Shown: positions 39,500-52,816 of the stretch, one piece after another | Position numbering within the stretch: the first letter of the stretch is position 1 | Layout: each line of letters opens with the position of its first letter | From: Paramecium tetraurelia | Lineage: Eukaryota | NCBI GenBank assembly: GCA_000165425.1 | Contig: CT868657.1 | Coordinates: 270,205-334,204 of the forward strand | Direction: 5' to 3' | Length of the DNA: 64,000 nt | Position numbers and translations under genes: made by a program | Notes under the pieces: model-generated | What the model saw: the letters and a program-made list of their open reading frames with translations, nothing else | Databases searched by the model: none | What the model was told of the DNA's origin: nothing

Positions 39500-40459
39500 A
39501 CACACAATTTACAAAGCAAATAGAAATAAGTCTTTACTAATAGTCTAATATTGAAAAAAAGAAATTAAATTTAGAATTATTAAAATAGAAAAATTTGATA
39601 ATGTATACTTAAGGTTGCATAAAGAATTAATAAAAGCAATAAATAGAGAGAGAGGAAGTTTGAGTTTTTTATAATTAATCAATATTTTACTTAATATTTG
39701 TATATTTGACATGTCTGTTATTGATATCATTTGATAAAAATATTAATTTTGAGAATAATTTTAGAATACTTTTAAGTAGTTGAGATAAACTTTAGATTCC
39801 ATCTATGTCAATTAGATTAACAAAAGAAATCGTTTGAAGTCCTCATTTAATAGTAAAGATTACAATAATCACGGCTTTTTATTATTTCATCAAATTTTTA
39901 TATGATACTGTATTTATATATTTTTTGTATGTTTGATTCTAACTTGTAATGATAGCCCAGGTTAATCAAGATTATAACTTGCTTTTAAAAGCGATCTATA
40001 GATCTTGTGCTTGAAAAAGTATTATTCGATCAGACAAAACATTCCATAACCCCTTAATTATATGTTTCCTGTTCATTATAGTTCATAACTAGAAAAATGT
40101 ATCATTAATAGAATGCCACATTTTTTATATCACTTCATAATCTTTTATCTATGTGTAACAATAATATTTAATTACTTTCTCCTCACTAAGAAAATAATTA
40201 AATATGGAATTTCTGAATCTAATCTAAAATGAAACTACATTATAGTTATTTTACATTAGCTCTTCACTCTCATATAACTGAATTTTTATTCTTAAATAAA
40301 TAGAGAATCTTGCCTTGATATTCTAATCATAATATAACATTTTAAGAATAAGCCATCATATATTATAAATTCATAGCAACTATTAAAATTTAAAAAAAGA
40401 AATAAAATATGGATAGAAATTTAATAAAATTTTTTACAATATTTAACTTATATATAATA

Positions 40460-41000
40460 GACAGATAGAAAGATCTCCTTCGAATTTACAAAAAAAATCT
40501 TCAATTGAACATTAAAAATGTTGACTTATAGTTTGTACCCCAGAGAAAATACTGAATTTATTTGGATTATTAATTAAATTTGTTTTAATTTCAACAAAAA
40601 TTGCCATCAATCTGATAGGTACAAAACTAATGACAGATTTATTGATATACTTTATTCCTTAATTTTCTTTTTCTATCATTATTTTCTGGTTTAAATTCTT
40701 GTATGATTAATATAATTTTCATTTATTATGTTTCTTACACTTTTTTGGCTTCAAATAGCCTAAATGTCTTAGAGCATAACCTCAATGTATTGAATTGTAA
40801 ACATTTTAAAGAATTCCATTAGTTTCAATTAAATTCTTTGGGACATACTTAATTTTTTAATACTGAAAGTGGATATCCATTTATTAAGGCTGAGGGTTTG
40901 ACCATATTAGTTAAACACTGTTTATTAGGTAGATATTCTAATTGGAATCTCAACTATTTTCTGGTTCAAATTTAATCCAATTATGCATCACTCATTTTAA
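40460..41000 (-). pseudogene. Possible eroded gene remnant
   Basis: Minus-strand frame looks protein-like but is broken by several TGA; no family recognised. Confidence 0.2.
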
Positions 41001-42122
41001 TTTAATTGTAGATTTTATATGTAAAATTTATCTTATTGTTATTAAATTGCAAGTTTTTTCAACTGCTGCTCTAAGAATGCAATCACACTAGGTGCAATTT
41101 GAATTGAATTCTGGAAGATACTAGCACTACAGAAGTAATATAGAATAATAAGATAAAGTGCCATGCTCTTTCCTTTAAGTTAAATTTATAAAAAAAATAT
41201 ATAGGTAAGAATAACCTCCATATGATATTTATCTCAATCAATCTAATTCTCCAAATTTATATCAAGTTTGATTATTTTATCTTAATTTAAAACTTGTTGA
41301 TTAAATGGCAAAAATATCATAAAACATTGTTATTTTCAGCAACTAAACAATAATATGATTATAGGAAATTATTAGGCTATTAAAAATAGGCTTAACTTTA
41401 TCAATATATATGAAATTAATTGTTAGTTCTTCATATCCTTTATACAGGTTATCATGATTATAATAAAGCAATTTATTAATTCTTCCCCTATTAACTATCT
41501 TTAAATACTGGAAGCTTAAGGTATGATTTTGAGTTACAAACATTGTTGACTATTATAAAAAAATTGTGTTACAAATGATACTGCGCATTTATTATTTTAA
41601 TCAATATATTTATCAAATCTCGGGAGTCTTAGTGGTCAAACGAAATTTTAACAATTTTAATCCAAAGAACTTCTTTCTATATTGACTTCGCTTTATGAAC
41701 ATGTGTATTTTTTCTTTAGAATTCTTCTGAAAGGACTTGCTGAAATCATAGTATATAAAAAATACTTTAGTTGTCAGAAACATCAAGGAACAAATTAATA
41801 ATAATATAGGAGAGTATAAATTATGGTGGATGAATGTAGTTTCATTAATGAAACATTTTAGAGTCGAATGCATTAATTTCTAAACATAATTCATGAAACT
41901 AAAATCTTTTAATAACTAGGCAACTTTTTGACCAATTTACAATTTCTTTCAATAATTATAACTCAATGTTTTGCATATCTAATCAAAATTCATATTTCAA
42001 AAGTGAAAAATAGTAAATTTAAAGTATTGTGATGTAATTTCTAAAACCTTGAAAATCTTTTCTTTATTAAATGTTTTTATGTTATATACTTTATTCATTC
42101 ATTAATAAAATTCTTTAATTTT

Positions 42123-45100
42123 ATGGAAGATTTTAGCAATGATGATATCAATTACTTTATTGCAAAGTTAAGTGAAGACTGTTCAAAATCATTTTTTGAT
42201 AACTATTAAGATGATTCCTAACTTTTGGGAATGAGATGTATTTGATTACACGTATCATTTAGTGGATGAATAGTTAATAAAATATATTAGAGACAAAGAA
42301 GAGATGATGAAAACAATGTTTGATTTATTAAGTATTTGGATATGACAAATTTAGATTACATTTTTAAAAAATAGTAAAAAATTCTTGCTGATTATGAAGA
42401 TCTGAAAATTTAAGGTGAGCACAATCTTTTGGTTTTGAAATAAGAAATATAATAAAATCAATATTAAATAGAACAATTATAAGTATATTGATTTTAAATT
42501 CTAGACTTTGAATGAGGAAAATTAGGAAAAAAATTAGCAATTTCTTGACTAGATAGAAGAATTAGAAAATTAGTTACAACAAAAGAAATCTGAAATTTTA
42601 TAAATCAAAAAAAATGAAGGAAGAATAAGCCAAAATCATTAAGTATTTTAATCCAAATTAATTTAAAAGGTTCATGAAATCAAATTTCAAGAACAAAAAG
42701 AGTAATTATAGAGTCTCTAAGCTAAAGTACAATAGCTTGAAAAAAATAACAGTAGGTTTAAAAGCGAAGCCATAGCCTCATTTAATTTATTGAGATAATA
42801 CGAAATGAAATAAAAGGATTATGAAGATAAAATTGAAATTTTAGAATTGCAATTAAAAAGTATTCAATTTATTTAGATTAGGTAATTAAAGAGAAAAAGA
42901 GATATTGTCTAAATAATATGAGGAACTATTCAAGAATTAACAATCGGAAATTATTACGTCTACTTAAATTGACATAACTAACAACTTTACTCACAACTCT
43001 CCTCAAAAATCAACTCGAAAGAATAGTAATTATTCGACCTATAATGATCATCAAACGATTAAAAGGTTAAGGGGATAGGGTGGTTATTAGAATTAGCCAA
43101 AATTAGAATAAATCTAAAAATAAATAAATAATATCCCTGAGTCTGAGAGCGAATCTGAAGATGACAATTAATTAAATAGTGGAAAAACTTTAAAATAGGA
43201 AAAGAACGAAAAAAAAAACATTTAAAAAGAGTTGAATAATCTAAAAATAAAAATTGAAGAGTTAGAAAAATAAAAGGCAGAAATGGAAAAAGAATTGTCT
43301 TAAAATAAAGAAATGATCTCAAATTAAGACACCAAAATTAGATAGTTAGAAACAAATTAAAAAAAGATGAATCTAAAATCAAATTAGTTGGAGAAAAAGG
43401 TTATAAATTTAACAGAAGGTAAACTTAATTATTACTTTTAGAGAAAAATGCCTTAGAAGATTCTTACAAGTAAGAAAAATCATTAGAATAAGATTAATTA
43501 AAGAAATAGAGTGAAGATTTTATGATGAAGATAAAATTTTTATAAAATGAGAATTAATAACAAGCATCATAACTAAAGGAATTAAACTAATATCGAAATA
43601 AATATTATGAACTATGTTTATGTAATCGCTTATTATAAATAGATTTTTTCAGAAAATCTGAAAGAGGAAGACAAAATGGAAGCATTCCTGAGGGACCATG
43701 AATCTGCCGAAACTGCACATAGATAAAGTAAATATATAAAATAATTTAGTGTAAAAATAATATGATTAACAACTTTATTAAATAAACCTCAATTAAATTC
43801 TAAATATTTCTGATGCTGATTTGATTTTTACAAGAGCAAGAAGCAATGCAAGTGTATTTAAAAAAAAGGATATCCCTATTGAATAAACAGAAATTTTTAA
43901 AAAAAAGTTGAAAGAAAAACTAGATCAAAGCTTAAAGACTGCTCTTATGTCAGAATAAAACACTTCCGACATATTATAAAAGACTCTCCTTTAAGTAAAT
44001 GAATATGAATTATAATTGAAAAAAATTTAAGATGAGAATTTTAAATTTAAATTAGAAATTGAAGAACAAAAAAAAAATATTGATTTGTTAAATTTTAAAA
44101 ATAAGGAGCTTGAAAATTAAAATAGTAAAGAGAAAATTGAAATGATTGAGCAATTAAAATTATTGGATTAATATAAAATAAAGGTCCTTAAAAGTGAGGA
44201 GTAATTGAATCTTATGAACGAAAAAGTAAATAATTTGTAAGAAACTGTGGATGAATAGTTTAAGGATATCAAAAATCTCAATGAAAAAAATATTCAATAG
44301 ATTAAATTAATGGATGATTAAGCCAAAATATATAAATAAGAAATAGATAGATTAAATGATCGAAATGAAAATAAGTAATTAAAATTAGATCAAGCCTTAA
44401 TAGAGATTTAACATATAACAACAGATTTTAAAATGGCAAAAATAAAGAGTGATAATGATATTAAAAACCTAACTGAAAAAAATAATAAATTGTAAAATTA
44501 GTATGATGTAATTTTAAAATAAAAGGAATAACAAGAGTCAGAATTTAATAGTATTAATGATATTAATTCTAAAATGGAATAAACCTTATAAGCTGTTATG
44601 AAAAAATATTCTGAAATTGAATAGAAATGTGCAAATTTAGAAAACGAAAAAAAATAAACTGAACACAGAGATAATAAAAGTCAAACAGAATTAGAAATTG
44701 AAAAAGAAAAATATTTTAAAAAGTAAATTGAGTTTGAAAGTTATAAAATTGAAGTTGAAAAATAAAAATAAGAAAATTTAGTAATGTACAATCGTATTGA
44801 ATAAGATAAAAATCAAACAATCGAAGTAAATAACTAGCTGATAACTGAGATTAATGGGTTAAAAATGAATGAGACTCAATTGAATGAATAAAAGGAATAA
44901 TTGAATAAAAAGATCGAACAATTCATTAATTAGAATGAAGAGAATTAGCAAAAAATGCATTTATTAGAAGAAGAGAAGTAGAAAGAAAGTGAAAAGTTGA
45001 AACTCGAGTTGGAAGTGATAAAGAAGGAATCAGAGCATTAAGTTAACTCTCTCGAGAAAAGGCTTCAGGAGACCCAAACTAAATTTGAATCTCTTAACGA

Positions 45101-47850
45101 ATAATATAAATAACTTTAACTTTCCTTGAGTGCTTCAAATTCAGATGCTCAAAAATCAATTGAAGACTTGTAATTAAAATACAATCGTATTGAATAAGAT
45201 AAAAATCAAACCATCGAAGTAAATAACTAGCTGATAACTGAGATTAATGGGTTAAAAATGAATGAGACTCAATTGAATGAATAAAAGGAATAATTAAATA
45301 AAAAGATCGAACAATTAATTAATTAGAATGAAGAGTATTTGTAAAAAATACATTTACTAGAGGAAGAGAAGTAAAAAATACATTAACTACAAGAAGAGAA
45401 GTAAAAAAAAGTTCAAGAAATTGAAAAGTTGATACTCGAGTTGGAAGTGACAAAGAAAGAATAAGAGCATTAAATTAACTCTCTCAAGGAAAAGCTCTCA
45501 GTGAGTGAGAAAAGCCTTCAGGAGACCCAAACTAAATTTGAATCTCTTAACGAATAATATAAATAACTTTAACTTTCTTTGAGTGCTTCAAATTCAGAAG
45601 CTGACAAATTATATTAAGAATTGTTACAAGAATAGCTTCAAAATGAGTAAAATCATTAAAGTGAGCTTAGTTTATTTAAGGATTAAATACAAGAACTCAA
45701 TTAATAAATTGTTAAATACGAAAGCTAAAATTAAGAACTTAATTCGAATATATAATAACTTATACTCGCTTAAAATTTATCAAATTAACAGAATACTTAA
45801 TAGTTCATCTAAGAATAATTATAAATAATTGTATTAGAATCAATTATTTAAAATATTTCGTTAGAGGCTGCTTCATAACAATCAAAATCTTTAAAGCAAT
45901 TGAAAGATGATTAACAAATAATTTAAAACTTAAATTAAACTGTCGATTAATCATCTATAAGCTTATAAGCCTTACAAAAATTAAACCATGAACTTGATTA
46001 AGAATTACTAAGAGTTTAATCAATTTCAAAGGAAGAATCTAACATGATTTTATAGCTAAAAAATTAGCTTACTTTGAAGGATTAAGATATTAATTCAATC
46101 AAACTCTAATATCAATAATTTGAATAACAACAAAATAAAAGTTTGTAAGATTTAGAAGATCTAAGAATTTTATTTGAGTAAATACAAAAAGAGAAGCTCC
46201 AACTTGAAATTCATTTAGCCGAATAACATTAGCTCGTTAAAGAGGCTCATACATAATAAAATATATATTCTTAGTAATTAACAGAAAGTAAATTAGAAGT
46301 GTAAAATTTAAAACTACAAATTTCTATCATTGCAGAAAAAGATCAAGATTAAATTGTAGAAACCTAAAACTTAAAATAATAAATTGATTAGTTGGCTGAA
46401 GAAAAACTTTACTTTTAAGAATTAACAAAAACTTTCGAAGAAACCATTTAGAGAAAAGACGAAGAAATAGAAGATATTAACAAGAGTCTTTAAGAGATTA
46501 GATAAACTTTAACATTAAAAACATATGAAATAGAGCAACTAGAATAAGATTTAAAAACTACTAAGGAGGAACTTGTTTTGCATCAACAAAATCTTTTTGA
46601 TGAATAAAATTTGAGAGCCACATAAGACACTCAATTTAAAGTGTAACTTGAAAATTATATAAAATCACAGCAAAGAAATTCTGAGGATATAGATCTTTAG
46701 GAAAATAAATTTGAATTACTTGAAAAGTTATAAGGACAAAAAATAGAATTTGATGTCAACATCTCAACATAAAATGAAAAATTAAGAATATTTGAGTTAT
46801 AGAATTTGGAATTGAGAAATGAATAATTCAAATACATAGAAAAAATAAACGAATTGTCCGAGATGATTAATAGCGACAGTGTATTAAAAGAAATGCAAAA
46901 GTATAGAATTAATTAATTTTAGAAATTTCATTTCAGAAATATTAATCCTTTTAATTAAGTAATCTGATGGATTGAAAATAATTAATTCAGAAGAAATAGA
47001 AAATTAATTATAAGATAATAATGATGACCTAGATAAACTGAAGTAATTTCTTTTTATATTTAAATAGAACTAGTACAATGATGTAAATCAATATTCTTAA
47101 TCGTTAAATAGAATAAACAATTAATAATTTGAAGGATGTTTAGTTGAAGTTTGTATAGTCTACAGAGTAAATTTCTAAATTAGAATAATAATTAAAAGAA
47201 AGCTAAGAAAATTAGGCTAAAAATAAGTTATTAATAGAAAGCCTGATATTAAATATTTCAGGGTTAAATGAAAAAATTGAAGGATATTAAAAGTCCTCTT
47301 CAGTTAATATTAATGATATTACTCAGTAGCAAGAAAAAGAAACGGATTTGTTGAAAAAAGATTATTAAAATAAGATTAATCGAATTTAAGAAGAATTACA
47401 TAGAAGAGAATAAGATTTTAATGCTTTGAAGTAATTTTTACTTTTATTATCGTAGTGATTAGTATAATTAGATGCTCTAAGATTAATTTAACAAAACTGA
47501 AGAATTAAATAATTTGAGGAAAAAATATGATGATATTATGAGTGATATAGACAGAATGACGCCAACTAGGTCACCTTCAAATTCTATCTCTTAAAAACCT
47601 AATCAAATAGATTAGTATTAATAATACTTCATACTTGTATTTTAAATTTATGATGTAGACTGCTCAAGCTGTTGCTTTAAGTAGCGACGATCCTATGGCT
47701 GCTGCAGAAATTAAATTAAAAAACTTCTATTAAGAAGCAAAAAATCGCAATTTACCGTTTCATCAAGTATTATTCTTTTTATTATTTAAGTGGCACATTT
47801 GGCTATAATTAAAACTTAAGGAAGAACTCTCTAAGAATAGAAAACGGTGA
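42123..47850 (+). CDS. Very large coiled-coil protein (~1800 aa) with C-terminal motif FYQEAKNRNLPFHQWHIWL
   Basis: ATG 42123, many canonical tiny introns, E/K/Q/L-rich heptads, TGA 47848-47850. Confidence 0.88.
44787..45600 (+). repeat. Internal in-frame tandem duplication (393-bp period, 131 codons) within the coiled-coil gene
   Basis: TACAATCGTATTGAATAAGATAAAAATCAAAC starts at both 44787 and 45180; the second unit has extra short insertions. Confidence 0.9.
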
Positions 47851-48322
47851 ATGTAATAAATAATAAATTTATGTTTATTTAATTTATCATCCTTATAACA
47901 ATCTCTTAAGAATTTAATTTTTGATTAAATTCAGCTAAGGTTTATAACTTAGGCATTTAATATAAAAGAATAAGTTTCTGTGTTAACAAGAAATAGAGAG
48001 AATTTATCATTAAGAAGATTTCTAAACATCTTCAAAAAATAAGTAAACAAATAAACACACATAATAGAATTCAAGTTATTAATTACTTTATATTATATCA
48101 CGATGGAGAAAGCAATTAAGATTGAAAGAATAAACTACCGCCAATAGATAAACAATTGAGAACAAACAAAAAATGAAAACGCAAAATGAAATTGAGAAAG
48201 GATGTTGTGACTCCATAGTCAAATTTAGAAAATTTGACCAGTGAAAAGCAATAGGGGATTGGACTAATTCAAATTATGAAAATATTCGAATAAAAGTTAA
48301 TTACTCTAAAGATAAACTAATT

Positions 48323-50055
48323 TCATTCCTTTTTATTGGTATATTTTAATAATGGGTTTTCTTATTATTAGATTTGTTGGGGGATAGTTCTAGTTAATAT
48401 TAATTATTATCAATTACTATTTAAAGCGAGAAGGTTTAATCATAGGTGAAGCTTGAAAAGTAGTTTATTATTGAGTTTAATGAAGTCCAATATTCGGGAT
48501 AGAATCAACACTATCAGTTTTTCCATTAAATAGAGGTGAATTCATTTACAAAGAGTTCTAGGAATCAATAATTTTTTATTATTTAAGTTGTTTTGTTGCC
48601 AACACTCCAGGAGATGATTATGGAGAGTTAATTAATTAATTCCTTCTGAAGGCATCAAATTTTGCAGATCTTTTATAAAAAAAACTTAATACTCCTCATT
48701 TAATGCATTCATTCTTGAACATAAATCACTTTCTTCCCCTTCATCTATAAAATCATTCTAATTGTCTTCAAGCATCAATTAATTAGTTTCTTATAGAAAT
48801 GGATGCTACAAACATTAAGAAGAAGTTATCCTTTTTTAAGGGTCCTTTTCAAGCATTCTTCTCAAAAGATCAATAGCAGTATTAGGAGCATTTTGTAATT
48901 ACTTTATTGAAAAATCAACATTAGCTTCTCTATTTTATTTAACAACTGTTGCATAACTCTTACCAGGAAATGGTGGTTTACCTGTTAATAATAAGTAAAA
49001 TACAAGGCCTAGACTATAGATATCACAAACTGAACTATAGTGACCTTTCATATCTTTCATATTGATGACTTCTGGGGCAACATAGCCTGGTGTTCCACAT
49101 CTGCAATATAAATAAACAGGCTCGTTTACAGATGTAGCTAAACCAAAATCTGCCACTACAACTGAATCCATTTTTCTATTATTTTGATAAATTAAATACT
49201 TTGATTATTTAAATAAAATATTTTCTAATTTCAAATCTCTATGCATGATTTCTTTCTGATGCATATGGCACAATCCTTATAGGATACCTACTAAAATCTA
49301 TTGTATTTATTTGGTAGAAAGAATAACTTTTTCCTTGATCAAATCGTAGAGTGAGCCCCCTTACAACAGTTCTAATCCCACATATAAAGAGTTGTTTGTT
49401 TCGTATATTTCATGCATTCTCATAAGATGATTATGATTTAATTTTCTCATGATTGATAATTCATTTACAATAGCTTATTTCCCATTTTCTTCAGCATAGG
49501 CAGCTTATTTGCAAAAAGCTTTGATCGCCATTTAAACACCGTCTTCTATTCTTTCCACCAAATAAACCTAAAGATTTGAATATAATAAATACAGATGCAA
49601 AATTACCCTTTCCAATTTTTTTGAAGACTCTAAAAAGTTAATGAAATTGCCATTAATTTATTCTTGATTGAAAAAATTCTCTCCATTAAATTATTAATTT
49701 TTCGTTTCCTTATAATTTGTAGGTAGGAAGTTCTCCTTGACCAGATTCCCTCATCAAATTCAATCCAATTATTTGGCCCAAAGAGTCATCATCTTCGTCT
49801 TTTTTTTGAACAGGTGTTCTAATTATTTCAAATTTGGTCTCAAAATCAAGTTTGAGATATTTGCACGGAGGTTAATCTGGTTTCTGGTGTAATAGATTAA
49901 TACTTAAATACTTTTGCAAGTAGAATGTAATGATCATAACCATATAAGATTCTAGCTTTATTTTTTTTCAATTTAATAAATTCAGATTTTAAGATAGATT
50001 TGTCATTTCTCTATCTTATTTCATTAGGAATTTAGATCCAAAGTTTTTAATTCAT
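48323..50055 (-). CDS. CAMK-like Ser/Thr kinase with N-terminal PH-like region
   Basis: IGKGNFASVY, AIKAF, HRDLKLEN, ADFGLAT, CGTPGYVAPE, CDIYSLG. Confidence 0.93.
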
Positions 50056-50085
50056 GATAAAAATATTAAATTATAACAAATTTAA

Positions 50086-51069
50086 TCAAACTCTTTAAAA
50101 CAAGATCATTTATAAAAGTTGTTCTATTTCCAACCCTCCGGCTTCACCATTGTTTACTATTTTGATTGAATTTTCTCCATTTCCAATAGATCCTCCTCCT
50201 GCCTCTATCAATTAAATAATTTCTTCATTTTTAAGATTTGATTTCAAATCCTGGCTCAAATTAAACTACTTATTTAGGAAAATTGATTGTGACAATGAAG
50301 TTTCAATGGAATTCAAGATACTTAAATTATTTTTTTTCAAAACGTAAAGATAGGGATTCTAAATTTGCATTGTGGAGAGACAATCTTTAATCCACTAAGA
50401 ATTGACAATCATTTTCCCTTCATTGATCGCTAAAAGGAGATTAAAAGTTCTCTTGAATGTTTCCATAACCAAAATGTTATATTATTCTATATCAACATAA
50501 ATGCCCATTTTTAATAATTTAAGGAGGTCATCATTGCAAACTGCAAAGTTAGAAAATTTGATTCTGTATTCTCCATTCAATTATTTAATCTAATGATGAA
50601 TGATGATTTATACATAATTTTAAACTAATAAATAATGTTTAGGTTAGGTTTTGGATTTCTATGAGTTTGTGAGGGGTTAGTCATTTGATTCATTCTAAAT
50701 CTTCTTGTTGATTGATGGTTCTATAATTGTTAGATTTGGTTTGTTTTGTTTGATGAGATTGATTTTGATGCTTTTGGGTTTCACATATTCAAAGGTTAAG
50801 GTTTGTTCTTGTACGATGATATGTTTTTGACCTGTTGTCAAATCTAATTCATATTCCTTATCTATCCTTAATAGTTGAGCATCTCCTTGGCCATTAATTC
50901 TATGAATATTTATGATTGGTTGAATCCATAAAATATTTGAATCGTAGTTCAATTTAAAACATTCAGGCAATGGAACTTGAATATTACATTATTCAGTATT
51001 TCCAATGATTGAAATACCAGTTTTAACCTTATACTTTTTATCGAAGGCCTTCATAATTATTGGTTTCAT
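50086..51069 (-). CDS. Degenerate FHA plus tandem BRCT protein (MDC1-like architecture)
   Basis: N-terminal KTGISIIGNTEQCNIQV; BRCT signature KRTFNLLLAINEGKMIVNSQWIKDCL; second repeat IFLNKQFNLS...IIQLIEAGGG. Confidence 0.7.
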
Positions 51070-51108
51070 ATTATATAAATATTAATTTACTTAATTTAAT
51101 CCCATAAG

Positions 51109-51856
51109 ATGTTAGGAGGTCTTTATGGTTTGAATTTTAAGTAACATTCGTATCTTTTCATGTGTTTAATAATACCTTCGCTAATTACAGGATTAGGGCT
51201 GTTTTATATAGATGAGGCATTGACTACTTTGTGTGTTTTGTAATTTTTCTATGTTGTGATACCTGCTATTTATATAAAATTTTTAAGCAAGGAAGGGGAA
51301 TTAAGGGGTACTTAGATTAATAGAATATAGCATATCTCATAAATGAATTGGAAGGAAGATAGGAATAGATAAAGAGAGGGCTTTCCCTATTTAGAAGTGC
51401 ATTTGGAATGGTTTTATTATCGTTAATTTTCACATATTATTGGGAAGAAGAGATCATGGATTATTTGAAGATTCCTCTGTTGGAACACCCTGCATATATT
51501 GGAGCATTTATGTTGGTATTGATAATATGCAATCCATTTTTGGAGGAATGGTATTGGTAATGAATTCCATTTAATAAAGGCGGTTGTTTTTGATGAAAAC
51601 GTATAAGGAGAGTGAGAACTACAGGTCCTTAATTCATCTATTCTACACATTGTTCCATTTCATAATGTTATTGAAGATATTTAAATCAGATTGGGAATTC
51701 GCTATTGGGTTTTCAACATATTTTATGTCAATCGGAGGATCCTTCGAGCATATCCGAGAAAAGTATGGATTCATTACTTGTCTGATGGCTCACTATGGGA
51801 TGACCCTGGCAGCCTCGCTAGCTTTATTAGTTGTATATAAATCACAATTGTAATGA
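51109..51856 (+). CDS. CPBP/Abi (CAAX-protease-like) intramembrane metalloprotease
   Basis: NPFLEEWYWRLF, FYTLFHF and CLMAHYG motifs; multiple TMs; 2 introns. Confidence 0.75.
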
Positions 51857-51869
51857 TTATTAATTAATA

Positions 51870-52799
51870 ATGGAATCGAAAGAAAAAATCGTCTCTTGCT
51901 TGAACATCCTAAAAAGGTTGCCTCCAACTCAGATCCAGAAGAATGCCGCAGCACTAGCCTCGCTGATCCCAGATTATGCCGAAGAGTTATACTAGAAAAT
52001 AGATAAGCCTTTAGGTAATGAGATTGATGAAAAATTTAGATATTGGATAAGACGAGAAAGGGAATCAATTTATATAATCTGAATTCAACAGGGATGGAGA
52101 TTCATTTAGATCTTACCTTACAAATTCATATTATCCTGCAATTGATGATGCAGTTTATCCATCAGAAGCATTGCGTAAATTAGAAATCAAGGCCAATGCT
52201 GTCTTCGATGAATACAGGAGATTGTACTTATATGATATATGTAAAGATATTATGAAGGAGGATTGTCGTCATGCTACTTTTGGGATAAAGAGGATGGTGG
52301 ATTTGCAACAGCCTGGTTGATAAGGAAAAATGTAGAAAAAAGTAAGGGAATTGAGGATGGGTCTTGGAGTTCGATTAATGTGATTGATATTAAGACAGAC
52401 GGGAAATCTAAGTGGACCTACAAGATAACTACATCGGTTGTTTTGGAAATGAATATCATCGAAAACCAAGATGTTGGCAAATTCAATATAACAGGCACAT
52501 TAACCAAATAAGTACTCATCATTATTGATTTTTTAGAAAGAGGAATCCTTTGAGGCTCCAGCAGGTAATAAGGATTTAGATTTGTTCCACATTATGAAAA
52601 TCGGGACTTTGGTGGAAGATGTGGAGAGCTATCTCCGTTCTTAATTGGATAGTGTTTATTTCGGGAAAACCAAAGATGTAATGTGTTTAATTAAATATTT
52701 CAATAGATAGTATTCTAAACACGTTTCAGCGAGGGATAAAAGCATTTCCTTTAATAAAGATAGGAATTGGCAGGAGAGTTTAAATAGAAATATGGATGA
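51870..52799 (+). CDS. CAPZB: F-actin capping protein beta subunit
   Basis: [69 protein letters not shown]. Confidence 0.96.
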
Positions 52800-52816
52800 T
52801 ATAAATGAATTCAATA

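Noticed and set aside
39491..39500. Telomere-like CCCAAA at the duplication breakpoint
   Set aside because: Single unit that differs by one base from the parental GCCAAA; no repeat array
48218..48238. Perfect 9-bp hairpin GTCAAATTT-AGA-AAATTTGAC
   Set aside because: Short and AT-rich; plausible by chance in 64 kb, with no other ncRNA hallmarks
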